DNA of 64,000 bases. Source: Octopus sinensis (Eukaryota). The translations under genes and the position numbers were made by a program. This document shows positions 1 through 13,485 of the stretch, in pieces. A model generated the notes under the pieces. The model made no database searches. It saw only the letters and a list, made by a program, of their open reading frames with translations, and was not told where the DNA came from. The stretch spans positions 12,834,001 to 12,898,000 of the forward strand of contig NC_042999.1 in the NCBI RefSeq assembly GCF_006345805.1. Reading direction: 5' to 3'. Numbering within the stretch: the first letter of the stretch is position 1; each line of letters starts with the position of its first letter.

Positions 1-1737
1 CTATCAAATGAACTGGCTGAATATTTCATTAATTTCATAGATCTGTGAGTGATCTCAACTTCAGCTATTTTCTCATATTCCAAGGTTTTACAACACAATA
101 TCACTACAGTTTGTTTTTGTAGTGATTTATCATTACCCATTGTTGCTAACTTAAAAGGAATTTGATAGAATCTTTGTTGTGATTATCTACAGCTGTGGAT
201 ATTGATTAAAAGATAAATGAAAAAACAAAAAACACGTGATAAAACTGTTATGCATAATATACATTTTAAGTAAAACTAAAAAAAACATTAGATAAAAAAA
301 ATAAATGAAATTCAAATTAACAAAGTGCATGCTTAATAACAATAGCAATAACAACCACAATCATAATTTTATAACCTAAATATTATAAGGAAAAACCCAA
401 GAAATGTAAAATGAAAAAGAAACAAATATACATATGTGAAACAAATAAGAAAAAATGAAAGTATAGCAATGAGACAATGATATAAGCAAAAGTTGGGAGA
501 GAGAGTGAAGTGCAGGAGAGAGGGGAAACAGATGGAGGGATGTAGTAAAAGCAGTGGTGAAGTAGGAAGGAGGTAGGTTGGAATTAGTAGGAGAGAGAAA
601 ATCGGTTGGACAATGTGGCGAAGGTATTGATTGTGATAACTGGGGGACTGGCAAATGTATATAGTCTGGGGAGAAAGCAGTAATAGATAAAATAATAAGG
701 AAATTGAAAATAATTAACAAGTAATAGTTGATAGAAAAAAAAAACACACGCACAGATAACAATGTAAATGGTTATATGTATCACCATGACAACTAGCAGG
801 CAAGCTTAAGTTAGGCAGCAAACATGCAGAAATGTTGGTGTTGATAGGTTAACTTGAAAGCAACTCAGAACAGAAAAACACCCAGATGTGGCGCCTCTGT
901 TGAAGAGCAAAGGTTAAAAAAAGGAGAAAATGGTGATATCTGAAGAGACATTTATGTATGTTATATATCAGATGTATAAGACACAACGGAACACTTACTT
1001 CCGGCATGAAAGTCAGCAACAGGTGGTGTCAGATAGTTCATAAGGTTCGTGGAATTTTGAAGCAGACCCGGTACCAATGTTACCATTTGAGTAGCTGCCA
1101 CCTGTAGGCTGCCAGCAGTGGCCGCTGATGTCCGAAGAAGTGAATATTATATAAATTAATATTTGAAAAACAGGTCGGCTAGGAGGAGGCTAAGGAGTAA
1201 GGGCTGTGGAAAATACTTGCTTTTAGCATATTTTGCATTGTCGGAGTGATGGGTGGAGATCAGGCATAAGTCTGTAGGTTAAGTGTTTTACTATTGACTG
1301 GAAGTATTCTATTTTGCTTATTCAGTCAACAAAATGTTGTAAGTGAAAGAGCCGCACATTTAAAGAAGACTATTTCTTGAAAAAAGCCTCACTACATACA
1401 ATGTATGAGATGAATTATGCAGAGAGTACATTAAGACTGAACTCAAGTTGTTTAAGATTTCAAAGAAATCCTAAATGCTGTAATAATGACAACTGATGGA
1501 AACAGCAGCAGAAAATCACATTGATGCAGTTATTCAAAGTAGATAATAACAGGGGACATTCTTCTGGTGCATCAGGAACTATTTCTAAATGATTCTGATT
1601 CTAAAAACCTTGCAGATTAAGAATACAAAATTTGAGGCTTCTTAATTTTGGTATATGGAACTTGTAACAGTCTATATTTGAAATGCAGTAACTATGCTAT
1701 ATATATATATGTGTGTGTGTGTGTATACATACACACA

Positions 1738-1937
1738 CGAGGGGTGAGGCTGAAAAGCTCCTGGCTTTGGGTAAAAGAAAATAGAAGAGGATCCGTTAAT
1801 TATGATTTTATTCAACATATTCCCCTCCCAGATTCACATACTTATTGCAGTAGTCTTTCAGCTTTTCTAAGCCCTGTAAAAGAACTCAGGTCTTTTGTGA
1901 TACCCTAAAATCCAGGAACTTTTCAGCAACCACTCAT
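1738..1937. mobile_element. Mariner-derived MITE (about 200 bp)
   Basis: Imperfect TIRs cgaggggtgaggctgaaaagctcctggcttt / aaaatccaggaacttttcagcaaccactca; no ORF. Confidence 0.7.
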
Positions 1938-4109
1938 ATATACCCTAAATATAATTGGATAATTCCTGCACAAATTACTATTTCAACATCAAATCTTTTC
2001 CTGTCTATGGAATAATTAATTGCACTTTAGTTTATTCTTTTTGATGCCAACCCACCTTTTGGAACTGTGCTCTGGATATAAACTTCATGTTTTTAAATTG
2101 ATCTAAATTAAAAAACCACCTTCCATCAAAATGTTTTAGGTTCGAGACACTAGTGCAACAACAACAAAATCATTTTACAGAAGTCTTCATTATTTTCAAA
2201 GTTAATTGAAACAGAGACAGTATAGGGTAACGAAAGGGTTAAGGAATATGAATAGCTTTTCTATATCCTGACCACCTTTTCACAATAAGCAATGCATATA
2301 TATTCATGGAAGCTATTGCAATAATTCTGTTTCTTGGGCACACAAGCTCCCTACTAAGCAGCAGCAGCAGGACAGCAGGAGCATCTAGATCACTACAATG
2401 ATAGGAAACTAGTTTTAGAAAAGAGGAGCACATCAAATTCTACTGATTGCAAACTCTTCTGTTTGAGGGACTACAACATAAGAAGCTCAGGGTTTCTCTC
2501 ACAAACTACATATATCCTATTTAGAATATTAGAGATAATAGTTTCCAATTTAAAAAAAAAATTCAATTCATTGCTTCAGTGAAATTTAAGGAATTGCAAA
2601 CTAGCGATGCGAATTGTGCGGTAACAGTATTGCTATTATTGTTCTTGTAAAAAAACAAAAACAATTACTATTATCATTATCATTATTATTATTATCATTA
2701 AGGTAATGCGCTGACAGAAGTGTTGAGAAAATGCTTAGGATTTCTTCCATTTTTACGTCCTGAATTCAAATACTGCAAAGGTTAATTTTTGTCTTTCATC
2801 CTTTTAGGGTCGATTAAATAATTACCAGTTGCATACTGGGGTTGATGTAAATGACTTAATTCATTCCCCTAAATTTGAGGCCTTGTGCTTCCAACAGAAA
2901 GGATTATTATAAAATATTTTTCCTTCCATAACTCCAACTCTGGAGTTAAAACAAGCCAAAGAAGAGGGCAAAAAGAAATGAATAAACTGATGAAATTTAA
3001 TTCTAAAATAAATTGCTAGTCTTGTAAACTAATACAATTGTAGTAGTTTTGAGTTGTGAGAATTGTACAGACATTTCCTTACTCTAATTATATGTTATTT
3101 TGTTTGTTTCTGTTTCACTAAATCATTACCTTTTTATAAGTGCATCTCCTTTCCTATTATTGTCTCCTTTCCTTTTTGCAAAACTGCCAGCTGTTCCCAT
3201 TGATTTTTATATTGCCCTCCCTCCCACTAACACTTGTTACCTCCCCTCCATCTCCTTTATTCTTCACTGTCAGAATTTCTCACTCCCTACTCCCACCGCC
3301 ACCACTCATCTCCCCACCCCCTCCATGAAAGTTTCTGTCCCAAATATTAGATTTCTCTTTTCCACATGGCATAACAAAATCCAATTCTACTCAACGAGTT
3401 TCCAGCTCTATTATAATTATTATTGTAATTATTATTATTTGACAACACTGATCACTAGTTTCTTCAGATTCCACTGTTACACAACATTAAACTATTTTCA
3501 AAGTCAAACAAAAGTTTCAGATAATCATAAAAAAATTAAAAACAATGGTTAGTAATTTCCATTACACACATTTTTTTTTAATTCCACAAAAGTAAAGAAA
3601 AAACAAATTAAAAACAAAGAAATAACAAAAGAAAAAACAAAAATATTTTAAAAGTAACATTTTCTTTCACACCATGTCAATATTTTCTGTCAGTTGAGAC
3701 ATATCGAACAACACAAACAATAGCATCATCATTCATTCATTTCCCAAAATAGCTAAATCTTTTGTTCTTTGGTTGATGCATCATCAAAACACTTAAAACT
3801 TGGAGGGATTATTTCCAGTTGGCAATCAGAGAATCTAGAACAGCCTTCGGTCATTAAGAAACAGTTTCGACCAGTATTTCTTGACCTTCTTTGCCATACC
3901 TCCCTTTGATTTTCTAAAAGAAAAACAAATGTAAGCCCAACTACAAACAAAAGCATTGAATGAATGAATGAATGAATGAATGAATGAATGAATGCATGCA
4001 TGTATGGAACTGTCTGCTTCATCATAGGATCAACAAGCTTGCTGAGCCTGAATGATTGCAAGATCATGCACTGTATACTATACAAGCCAGTCTGATTACT
4101 GCCAGCACT

Positions 4110-4680
4110 ATTCAAGCTGTGTCATCTCTGATGACCTCTGCCTAGGCCCTGAGATCAGCAGGCAAATTGAACAAGCATCCTCCATATTTGCCAGGCTCAC
4201 AAAGAGAGTCTGGGAAACAAGAAACTAGCAGCAAACATCAAGATTGCTGTCCATAAGGCATGCATCTTCGGCACAGTGAGTCATGGAGCCCCTACTCCAT
4301 ACAAGAGTGGTGTCTCAATGTCTTCCAGCTTTGTAATCTGAAATGCATCTTGGATATCAAGTGGACTGAGTCACCAACACTGAAGCCCTTAACCATGCCA
4401 AGATGCCCAGCAAATTCATCCTGCTCCAGCAGTGCCCTCTGTACTGGTTCAGTCATGTATGCCAAATGAGAGGATCCCAAGAGACCTCCTCCTCCTGTAT
4501 AGGGAATTGGCCATTGACACAAGGACGACCTCATCTTCATTTCAAGGATGTCTGCAAGAGAGATGTGAAGTCAATAGATCTGGACGTTATCAGATGAGAG
4601 GAGGTCACAAAGGATCACCCTTGCTGGAAACAAATACTGCAAAAGGGAAGAGAAACTGGAATCTACCACACACTAAGTAA
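4110..4680 (+). mobile_element. Degenerate RTE LINE C-terminal fragment
   Basis: Remnants ASSIFARLTKRVW, LYWFSHVCQM, RIPRDLLL and GRPHLHFKDVCKRD in shifted frames. Confidence 0.75.
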
Positions 4681-5087
4681 AGAGAAGCCAGTAGCTCTGG
4701 TAGAGAGCTTCTTCAAATGCATTTGCTGTATGCATGACTGCCACTCCCATGTGGGCCTCTACAGTCACAGACACTGCATATTCTCCAAGTGAAGATTCAT
4801 CTCTCAGGACCGATGGATGCTTACTACTATCCAGCATGAAACTTGATGTAGCTCACATATAACTTCTCTACTCCTTAAATTACTCACTCACACACACACA
4901 CACACACACACACAATATACTGTTTCATGAAGGTAAGATCAACAAAAAGTACTCAGTTTGGTGAGAGATAAATATTGTTTAATGAAAACAGTATATATTA
5001 TTTTTATGAGCTACTAATAGTTTCACTGCATGAAACTATCAGTTACTGATAAAAATACTGTCTTTATTAAACTCTGTTGGTAACTAA

Positions 5088-5400
5088 GGGCCTCTTCCTC
5101 AGAGTGAAAGGCAGATTGTATGATACCCGGCAGTGAAACATTGGGCTGTGACCGCCAAGGACATGCGTAGGTTTGAAAGAAATGAAGTTAGTATGCCTTG
5201 CTGGATGTGCAATGTCAGTGTGCATGTTTGACAGAATGTAAGCGTCTTGAGAGAAAAGTTGGGCATAAGAGGTATTAGATGCGGTGTGCAAGAGAGACGA
5301 CTGTGCTGGTATGGTCATGTGATGTGTATGGAGGGGGACAACTGTGTAAAGTAGAGGGAAACTATGAAAAGGGATCTACCTCAGGAATTCCTCAGAATAT
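5088..5400 (+). mobile_element. RTE fragment related to the 54.7-55.2 kb RTE
   Basis: Nucleotide similarity seen directly (LRVKGRLYD...GVQERRL.WYGHV). Confidence 0.75.
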
Positions 5401-5429
5401 GTTGAGTATATAAAAAGATGATAGAGCTA

Positions 5430-5885
5430 GAAAATGGAACATAGGAGAAACTATTGCTCACAATGGTCATTTCGACCCACCCTGCATTGATCCCTCGTGG
5501 GTGGGGTACTGTGGTGCACCCCTCGGTGCAGAAGTGTCTCATCCAGTGATGTAATAAAGGGTATCTCATTAAACTCTGTTTTACTACAGCATGTTGTTAA
5601 TACAGTTGAAGACAGACTACACAGTAACATATAATTATGGACTGTTCTTAGAACCAATATACATGAATGTAGCAGTTGATTAGTACACATGCTACATGCA
5701 TGAAATTATTGCTGTATTGATATTGCTTCAGGTTATGTTTCATGATTTGATGAAATAGCCTAGCTTGACAAGACATGTCCCATGGAACACACCATTGCAA
5801 CATGTCTATGTTTCACTAAACTTGGATATAGACATGGCACATGTCTATGTGTATGTACACATCTATGAATATATGTATATAGGTG

Positions 5886-5923
<38 letters not shown>

Positions 5924-6690
5924 TATGTGCCTTTCTACATAAGCAAATGTTTATAGAAGCACAAGCACAAGAGTGAAAGGAAACATATAGGTATATAATG
6001 GGAGCAGGCGCATGCATATATATATGTATACATGAGCATATGTTATATATAAATGTGTATATATATATATATATGAGAATATATATAAATATATATGTAG
6101 GAGTGGGTAAATGTGTGTGCGTGTGTGTATAAGAATATGTTGTGATATGTGTATGTGTGTACCATAGCCACTAAAAGATTTATGATCAACAAAAGCTCCT
6201 GACCTTGTCAGCTGGAACCTCCACTACCTTGGGTCGCAGCATGATACAAGAATGGCGGGTCGTTAATCAAAGAGTTAAATGACATCTACCTAACTGCAGA
6301 TAGGAGAGAGCAATGTGTATACCCAGGACTGCAAGTGTGGGTACAGTAGTAACTATAGGTAGCTACTGAGTCACATAATGTTTTACTTTATTCTATGTTT
6401 TTATTCTTATTTTTCTAAATTACTCTCTGGCTTTGTTTATAATGTTGCAACCTCACCATTCCTAGCCAACAGCTTAAACCAAGGTCACTAACAACATGCT
6501 GCATTAAAACCAAATGAAACAGATTTTATCTAACGAGATACCCGTTTATAACATCACCTGATGAAATGCTTCTGCACTGATGGATGCACCACAACCAACT
6601 GAACAGTACCCCCACCCATGGGGGATCAATGCAGGATGGCTTGAAAGGATCACTGTGAGTAATGGAGTGTCTTGTATCTTCCATTTTCTG
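5430..6690. repeat. Inverted repeat pair (about 5430-5600 and 6485-6690), probable inverted Penelope pLTRs
   Basis: The arms are diverged reverse complements. The right arm has CTGATGA (6558) and GAAA (6643). A possible PLE ORF end, KNGGSLIKELNDIY, lies near 6250-6290. Confidence 0.6.
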
Positions 6691-6953
6691 TCGCTATCAT
6701 TTGTTTTATATATATATATATATATATACATATCAACATTGTTAACTGTCTGCCTTCCACACTGGCATTAGTTGGACAGTTTGACAGGATAGTTTGGCCA
6801 GATAGAAGACTACACCAGACTACTGTGTCTGTTTTGGCAGGGTTTTTATGGATAGATCTCATGCTTAACACCAACCACTCTGCAGAGTGGACTTTGTGCT
6901 TTTTATGTTGCACCAGCACAGGCAGGGTCACCAAGCTTCATATACATATATAT

Positions 6954-7386
6954 TGCAAATAAGTAACAAGGATGTCCAGGTATTAGTGCATTACTGCTGT
7001 TTCAGGCAGCTCCATTTAATCAAACAATGCAAGCATTACATCAATTCGAAATGCACTGCTGCCTTCGGATGCATTAGACCATAGAGGATACTCCATCATA
7101 ATTTTTTTAGCAAATATTTCATAAGAACTAGTGAATAATATTATAGCAGAATTCTGCTACAATAATAGCAACAAGCATGTAATTCTTTTATTCTCTAGTT
7201 CTGATGAAATGTTTGCTAAACAATTATAATGGAGTATCCTGTATGTTGAATACTTAAATGGTTTCATGCATCCAAAGAAGGTGGTGCATTTCAAATTGAT
7301 GCAATTCTTGCATTGTTTGATTAAATGGAGCTGCCTGAAATGGCCGGAATGCACAAATACCTGGACATCCATGTTACTTATTTGCA
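6954..7386. repeat. Foldback with arms of about 180-190 bp and a central 16-bp perfect palindrome
   Basis: 6954-7133 matches the reverse complement of 7195-7386; TAGCAGAATTCTGCTA lies in the spacer. Confidence 0.8.
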
Positions 7387-9889
7387 TTTTATTCACCTTA
7401 CTTTGTGTGGATAATACCAGACTGATTTGGTGCCTCAACTTAGGTACCTAATTCAACTGAATCTTAATTATTTCTCTCCATATATGGTGTGTGTGAAGCT
7501 TTTTTTTTGCAACTTCTACTCATTTGTTACTTATCACCAATTTCTCAAGTAACCAATGCCTCACCAAAATATTGTCAACACCCCATTCGCTGAGAAACAC
7601 TGGTGAAGAAGGACAATGAATTCTGTTCAAGAGACACTAAACTGATTCACAATAATAATTCATAATCTTTATCCCTATATGGTGAATTAAATATATTTGA
7701 TGTAAGATCAAAGACTTAAAAAGCATCAGCTCTGATAGTTCCGTGTGTAGTGATTCTTTACTTTTCTAAATTTAAAATTCTGGTGTTGAACCATCCACCC
7801 AATAAAAGAACTTCTCAGAACCTTAAAAAAAAAGTTATACTTTACCACACCTTGATAAACATATTCAGAGGAAGACACACATATATACACAGTATCATTA
7901 ACAAAGAATCATTTCAAATGAAGAAGGGATTAACAAAGAATAGAAAACAACTTTTGGTTAGAATTACATATCAGAAATCTAACAAAGCATCAAGGAACAT
8001 TGGTTATATTTGAATTATTGAATTAGAACAAAATGCTGCCATGCACAAATGGCAGAATCGCCCGACTTGTTTGAAAACATGCTCCTTAGTCAGGTGAGTG
8101 TTCCACTGCAATAAGCATGCACATCTCGTTTGCATTACTTACTGCAGAGAGGGAAATAGGCATCCATTAATGCTTTCAGCTCGTTGAAGCCATGGCTACT
8201 TCTCTTTCCTTCAATAGCACAAGAACACCATTAAAGGGTCAACTCCATAACCATAGAAAGACAAAACAAACAACATAGCCAATTCACTCAATCATCATCA
8301 TCATCATTCTAATGTCCCCTTTTCCATGCTTGAATGTGTTGGATGGGGTTTATTCAGGTAGAGTTTCTACAGCTGGATGCCCTTCCTGTCACCGACCCTC
8401 GCCTGTTTCCAAGCAAAGTAATATTTCCCCACGGCTAGACATGTCTATGCGGAAGATTAGAAATGAAGGACACTGCTTGTATAACAGTGACACTCATTTA
8501 CCACCAACACCACACACACCAGGCTTCTTTCATTTTCTATTTACCAGATTCGATCACAATGCTTTGGTCAGCCCAGGGCTAATGTAGAAAACAAAATGCC
8601 ACACAATGAGCCAGAACCTACAATCATGTTGGGAAGCTAACTTCTCAACCATAGTGGTCCAGAAATATGAAATACTAAACTAAATACCATTGTACTGACT
8701 TAATGTTTCACCATTACTACTGCTACTACTACTATTTTTGTGATTTGTCAATGTTGATATCTGACCTAAAATAGCTGATGGATCCCTATTTTACCAGGCA
8801 GGGTACTTACATTGTGTAAAAACAACTGCTTATCTCTATCGGCTCCAACATGGAAAAGGGATAGGTGTAACAGTGCTGTACCAGTCTTGGAAAACTAATA
8901 GTCAAAACTATCCTGTTGACTTCAATTACTGAAACTGGACCAGTAGCTACACTGCTATTGTTCCTCTCTGCTAGTACACTTTTAACAATTATAAACAGCT
9001 ATACAGAAAGAGCAGTAAAGTAAATAAATAAAGACATATATGAAACCCAGGTCAGTAACAATGTAGAATGTATGGCAGCTGAGACTAAATATGTCAGTGA
9101 ACAACCCTCAATTGTGAATTAGATAAAAAAAAAAAAAAATTTTTTTTAATCGGATGAATCAGTTAAAAAACAAAAGTGTTACACAAGTAAAAATTTAAAA
9201 ACTGGAAATGTCTAACATCAATTCAGACACATAACCAGTTATTATTGGGTGACTCTAAACAATTATGTTTAAACAATTCCTGACAGAGAAATAGGTTTAG
9301 CAAAATTCAAGTACTCTGGATAAGCAGGTCTATGAGGGAACAATGTGACAATTTTTAGACAAATGTCAGTCTTTGATTCACACAATGTCTATGATTATTC
9401 CATCTTTATTTGGAATTATAGAAATTACCTTTGCTAATGACCCTCATATTGAAGTTACCTTTGCTGACAATCCTTCAAGTGACCCTTACTTTCCCAATCT
9501 TGTTTCAATTAAAGCCACCTTTTCTCTGTTAAAACAAAAGCTTTTATATGAATGCACCTGTCAGTAGTGAAGGCCTGTGGCCTAGAGATTAGGGTCTTGT
9601 GCCCAATCATAATATCATGGGTTCAAATCCTGAACCAGCAGGTAGCTGTGTCCTTGAGCAAGACACTTCATTTCCAGTTGCTCCAACCTATTCAGCTGAA
9701 AAGAAGTACAAGCCAGGTGCTGGTGGTGCACCCCCGACCCCTGCCTGTGTTGCTGTGTAATGGGTGAGAGGCATTCAGAGAGTATCTGATTCTACTCAGA
9801 AGCACATAACAAGCCTAAAACAAACTATACTTAGGATTGACAGCTGCGTTCCATTTTAAGTAGTTTTAACACACACGCGCACACACACA

Positions 9890-9925
<36 letters not shown>

Positions 9926-10778
9926 CACACGCACACACACACACACACACACACACTGCTTGATGTCTGGCAAGATAATTATTTTTTTTTTATCTTTATA
10001 AGTTGTACAATCATAAATATTTCTAAATCTCCAATGAATTCTCTGCAAAATATAAGGAAGTGCAATGAGAGTGATTGGGTGTGGAACCTGTGTAGCGTTT
10101 CTTGAATATGAATGTCGCTGGTAAGCTGTAAGACAGAGAGTAGAGAAAGAGAAGAGCATTTCTTGATTAGCTTCAAATGAGTCCCAGAATCCAATTCTCT
10201 GATCCAAGTTTTGTATCAAAATGTTGCCAACAAAAATCACCACGAACATTATATCATTCCAATTTCCATGGTTTTAAGTGATTCCAATACATACATGTGT
10301 GTGTGTGTGTGTGCGCGCGCGCATATATAATATATATATATTCTTTTACTTGTTTCAGTCATTTGACTGTGGCCATGCTGAAGCACCTACCTTAAAGAGT
10401 TTTAGTTGAACAAATCAACCCCAGGACTTATTCTTTGTAAGCCTAGTACTTATTCTATGGTTCTCTTTTGCCAAACCACTAAGTTATGGGGATGTAAACA
10501 CACCAACATCAGTTGTCAAGCAATGGTGGAGGAACAACACACATAAATATAAGCATATATATGACGAGCTTCTTTGAGTTTCCATCTATCAAATCCACTC
10601 ACAAAGCTTTGGTTGGCCCAAGGCTATAGATGACATTTGCTTAAGGTGCCTTGCAGTGGGACTGAACCTGGAACCATGTGATTGAGAAGCAAACTTCTTA
10701 CCATACAGCCATGCCTCTATCTCTGTGTGTGTGTGTGTGTGTGTGGTGTGTGTGTATGTATGTATGTATGTATGTATG

Positions 10779-10849
<71 letters not shown>

Positions 10850-10925
10850 TGCATGTGTGTATATATATGTGTGTGTGTGTGTGAGTGTAAATACTGATTC
10901 TTTAAACTAGACAGGTAAGGGAATA

Positions 10926-12235
10926 CATAGGTGGTATCAAAAATTCTGTGGACAAGTTCTGTAGCGCAGCAACAGATGGCAGCACAAGGTCACGTACGTA
11001 GTGAGAGCAAGCAGTGACCTTCGTGAGGCAGTGTGCTGAGTGACATTGTTGTGTTTACTTCATAAGTTGTAAAATTTGGGATTTTGTGATCACGTGGATG
11101 CTGTAGTCTGCGATTTTTGTCATGGACAGGAAGTTGGAACAAAGGGCGAATGTGAAATTTTGCATTAAACTCGGGAAGTCTGCTATAGAGACATTGAGCA
11201 TGCTCTGGCAAGTTTATGGTGATGAAGCAATGGGTTGGACGCAATGTTTCCAGTGACACAAAAGCTTGAAAAGCAGAAGAACATCCCTGGAAGACGACGA
11301 GGAATCTGGAAGAGCTGTCATGACACCCTTGGAAATATGGGGAAAATTCAACAGCATGGGTATCATCAGAAGACAATCAACAGCATGGCTGATGCTGCCC
11401 ATGCTGTTGTATAGTTCTGTGCAGGCAATCCTAACATCTGAATTGAACATGTGGTGTGTCTCTGCTGCCAAGTTTGTTCCCCAGCTGCTGACCCCTGAGC
11501 AGAAAGAACGTTGCATTGAAGTCTGTCAAGATCTTCGTTAGTGTGCTACTGATGTCAAGGATCATTACTGATGAGCGTTGGGTCTACGGCTATGACCCCC
11601 AAGACGAATCAGCAGTTATCATAATGGAAGGGCCTTTCATCTCCAAGACCAAACAAGGCACAACAGAACTGAAGCTCAATCAAGGGCATGCTCATTGACT
11701 TTTTTGCGTTTTCAACATCCATAGTGTTGTGCATTCAGAATTTGTCCCCCAGGGCCAGGCCATCAACCAAGAGTTCTACTGGGATGTTTTCAAACATTTG
11801 AGGGAGGACATTCAATGAAAGTGACCGGATCTGTGAAGTGGCAAACAGTTGGATCCTTCACGATGACAATGCACCCTGTCACCGAGATCTCACTCAAGAG
11901 TTTCTCGCCAAATGTAACAAGGTATTACTTTCATGCTTGCTCTATTTGCCAGAGTTAGCACCTGCAGAATTCCACCTTTTCCCCAAGATGAAAATGCAAC
12001 TCAAAGGTCATTGCTTTGATACTGTTGTTGAGATCAAAAGCAAATTGCAGGAAGTCCTCTTCTAGCTCACAGAAAATTACTTCCAGGCTGGGTTCCAAAA
12101 GTGGCAGGAATGCTGGAACCAGTGTATTGCTGTGCAAAGTGATTGTTTCAAAAGAGATGATGTTATTAGAACTTAGGTAAATAAATGATTTTTTATTAAA
12201 TATAGCTAGTCCAGGAACTTCTTGATACCACCTCG
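10926..12235 (+). mobile_element. Full-length degenerate mariner transposon (about 1.3 kb)
   Basis: TIRs (catAGGTGGTATCAAAAATT..GGAC / GTCC..AACTTCTTGATACCACCTcg) with flanking TA. Transposase remnants FVPQLLTPEQKERC, TDERWVYGYDP, LHDDNAPCH and YLPELAPAEFHLFPKMK lie in broken frames. Confidence 0.9.
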
Positions 12236-12499
12236 TATACATACAAGTATGCATGTATAATTAGAAGTACACCACCAATTAACTTTGGTAACAGAGCCAT
12301 GCCAGATTATCCATCTCGTTTGATTAAAAGGAATCATATAACAATAATTGTAAATAAATTCCTAGGAGACAGCTGACATGTTATGAACTTTTTTCACTAC
12401 TAACCCTTCAAGATATATCTTTGTTTATTCACTAAAAACCTGTTATAAAGTTGGAAATATTCTTCCAAGCTTTCAACTATAATTATATAAAGATACAAA

Positions 12500-13350
12500 T
12501 CAAATCAAATCAAAATAGACAAAATAGATGAACATCAATGGAATTTGTATCTTGTGGTACCAGTGCCTGTGGCACACAAGAAATCCATCAGTGCCGTAGT
12601 CAGTGCGGTGGGCACATGACAAACACCATCCGATCGTGGCCGTTCGCCAGCCTCATCTAGCACCTGTGTCGGTGGCACATAAAAACACCATCCGAAGACC
12701 CGGCAAGACTAGTCAGGCCATAACCCATGGCCCCTACCTGGGACGTAGTCAGTCCACCTGTGCATACCTTCCTTCTTGTGACACTTGTGAAGACCTGTTG
12801 AGGCAAGTGAAAATCAAATCAAAACAAATCAAAATAGATGAACATCAATGGAATTTGTATCTTTGTGGCACGTGGCACATAAGAAAACCATCCGAACGTG
12901 GCCGTAGCCAGTACCGCATCGACTGGCCTCCGTGCTGTGGGCACGTAACAAGCACCATCCGATCGTGGCCGTTTGCCAGCCTCATAAAAACACCATCCGA
13001 GCGTGGCCGTCTGCCAGCCTCGTCTGGCACCTGTGTCGGTGGCACATAAAAACACCATCCGAGCGTGGCCGTCTGCCAGCCTCGTCTGGCACCTGTGTCG
13101 GTGGCACATAAAAAACACCATCCGAGCGTGGCCGTTTGCCAGCCTCGTCTGGCACCTGTGTCGGTGGCACATAAAATCACCCACTACACTCTCGGAGTGG
13201 TTGGCGTTAGGAAGGGCATCCAGCTGTAGAAACACTGCCAGATCTGACTGGACTGGTGCAGCTTTCGGGCTCCCCAGACCCCAGTTGAACCGTCCAACCC
13301 ATGCTAGCATGGAAAGCGGACGTTAATTGATGATAGATGATGATGATGAT
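12500..13350 (+). repeat. RTE 3-prime-UTR-derived composite repeat with about 62-bp tandem units and a (GAT)n tail
   Basis: Shares sequence with the RTE UTR at 54281-54750; unit caccatccgagcgtggccgtctgccagcctcgtctggcacctgtgtcggtggcacataaaaa. Confidence 0.85.
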
Positions 13351-13452
13351 ACAAACATTTAAAACAAAATCTAATGCCCTGCACTAACTTCCTAACCACT
13401 GGGCCCTAACCCTAATCCACCCTTGAAACAACTGTGAAGGGTCTATATTTAC

Positions 13453-13485
13453 CTTTTCCTCTTCCATGCTGGGAGACTGTATTCT
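13453..13485 (-). CDS. DENND5: Probable 33-nt DENND5 exon in the RUN1 variable linker: (E)NTVSQHGRGK
   Basis: Acceptor cttcattgcag and donor AAAG|gtaaat. Frame-preserving (phase 1 to 1) and open in the frame set by the 14.2 kb exon. No homology support; the linker is variable. Confidence 0.55.

Noticed and set aside
970-986. agatgtataagacaca resembling a Tn5 mosaic-end adapter
   Set aside because: It differs from AGATGTGTATAAGAGACAG by two deletions; chance similarity in AT-rich DNA is more likely.
12980-13170. CRISPR-like regular repeats (also 25590-25880 and 63300-63660)
   Set aside because: The units are contiguous tandem repeats with no unique spacers, they lie in a LINE 3-prime UTR of a eukaryote, and there are no cas genes.
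12603-13326. Overlapping GC-rich ORFs on both strands (also 25431-27310)
   Set aside because: They arise from stop-poor tandem units of the RTE-tail repeat and contain no recognisable domains.
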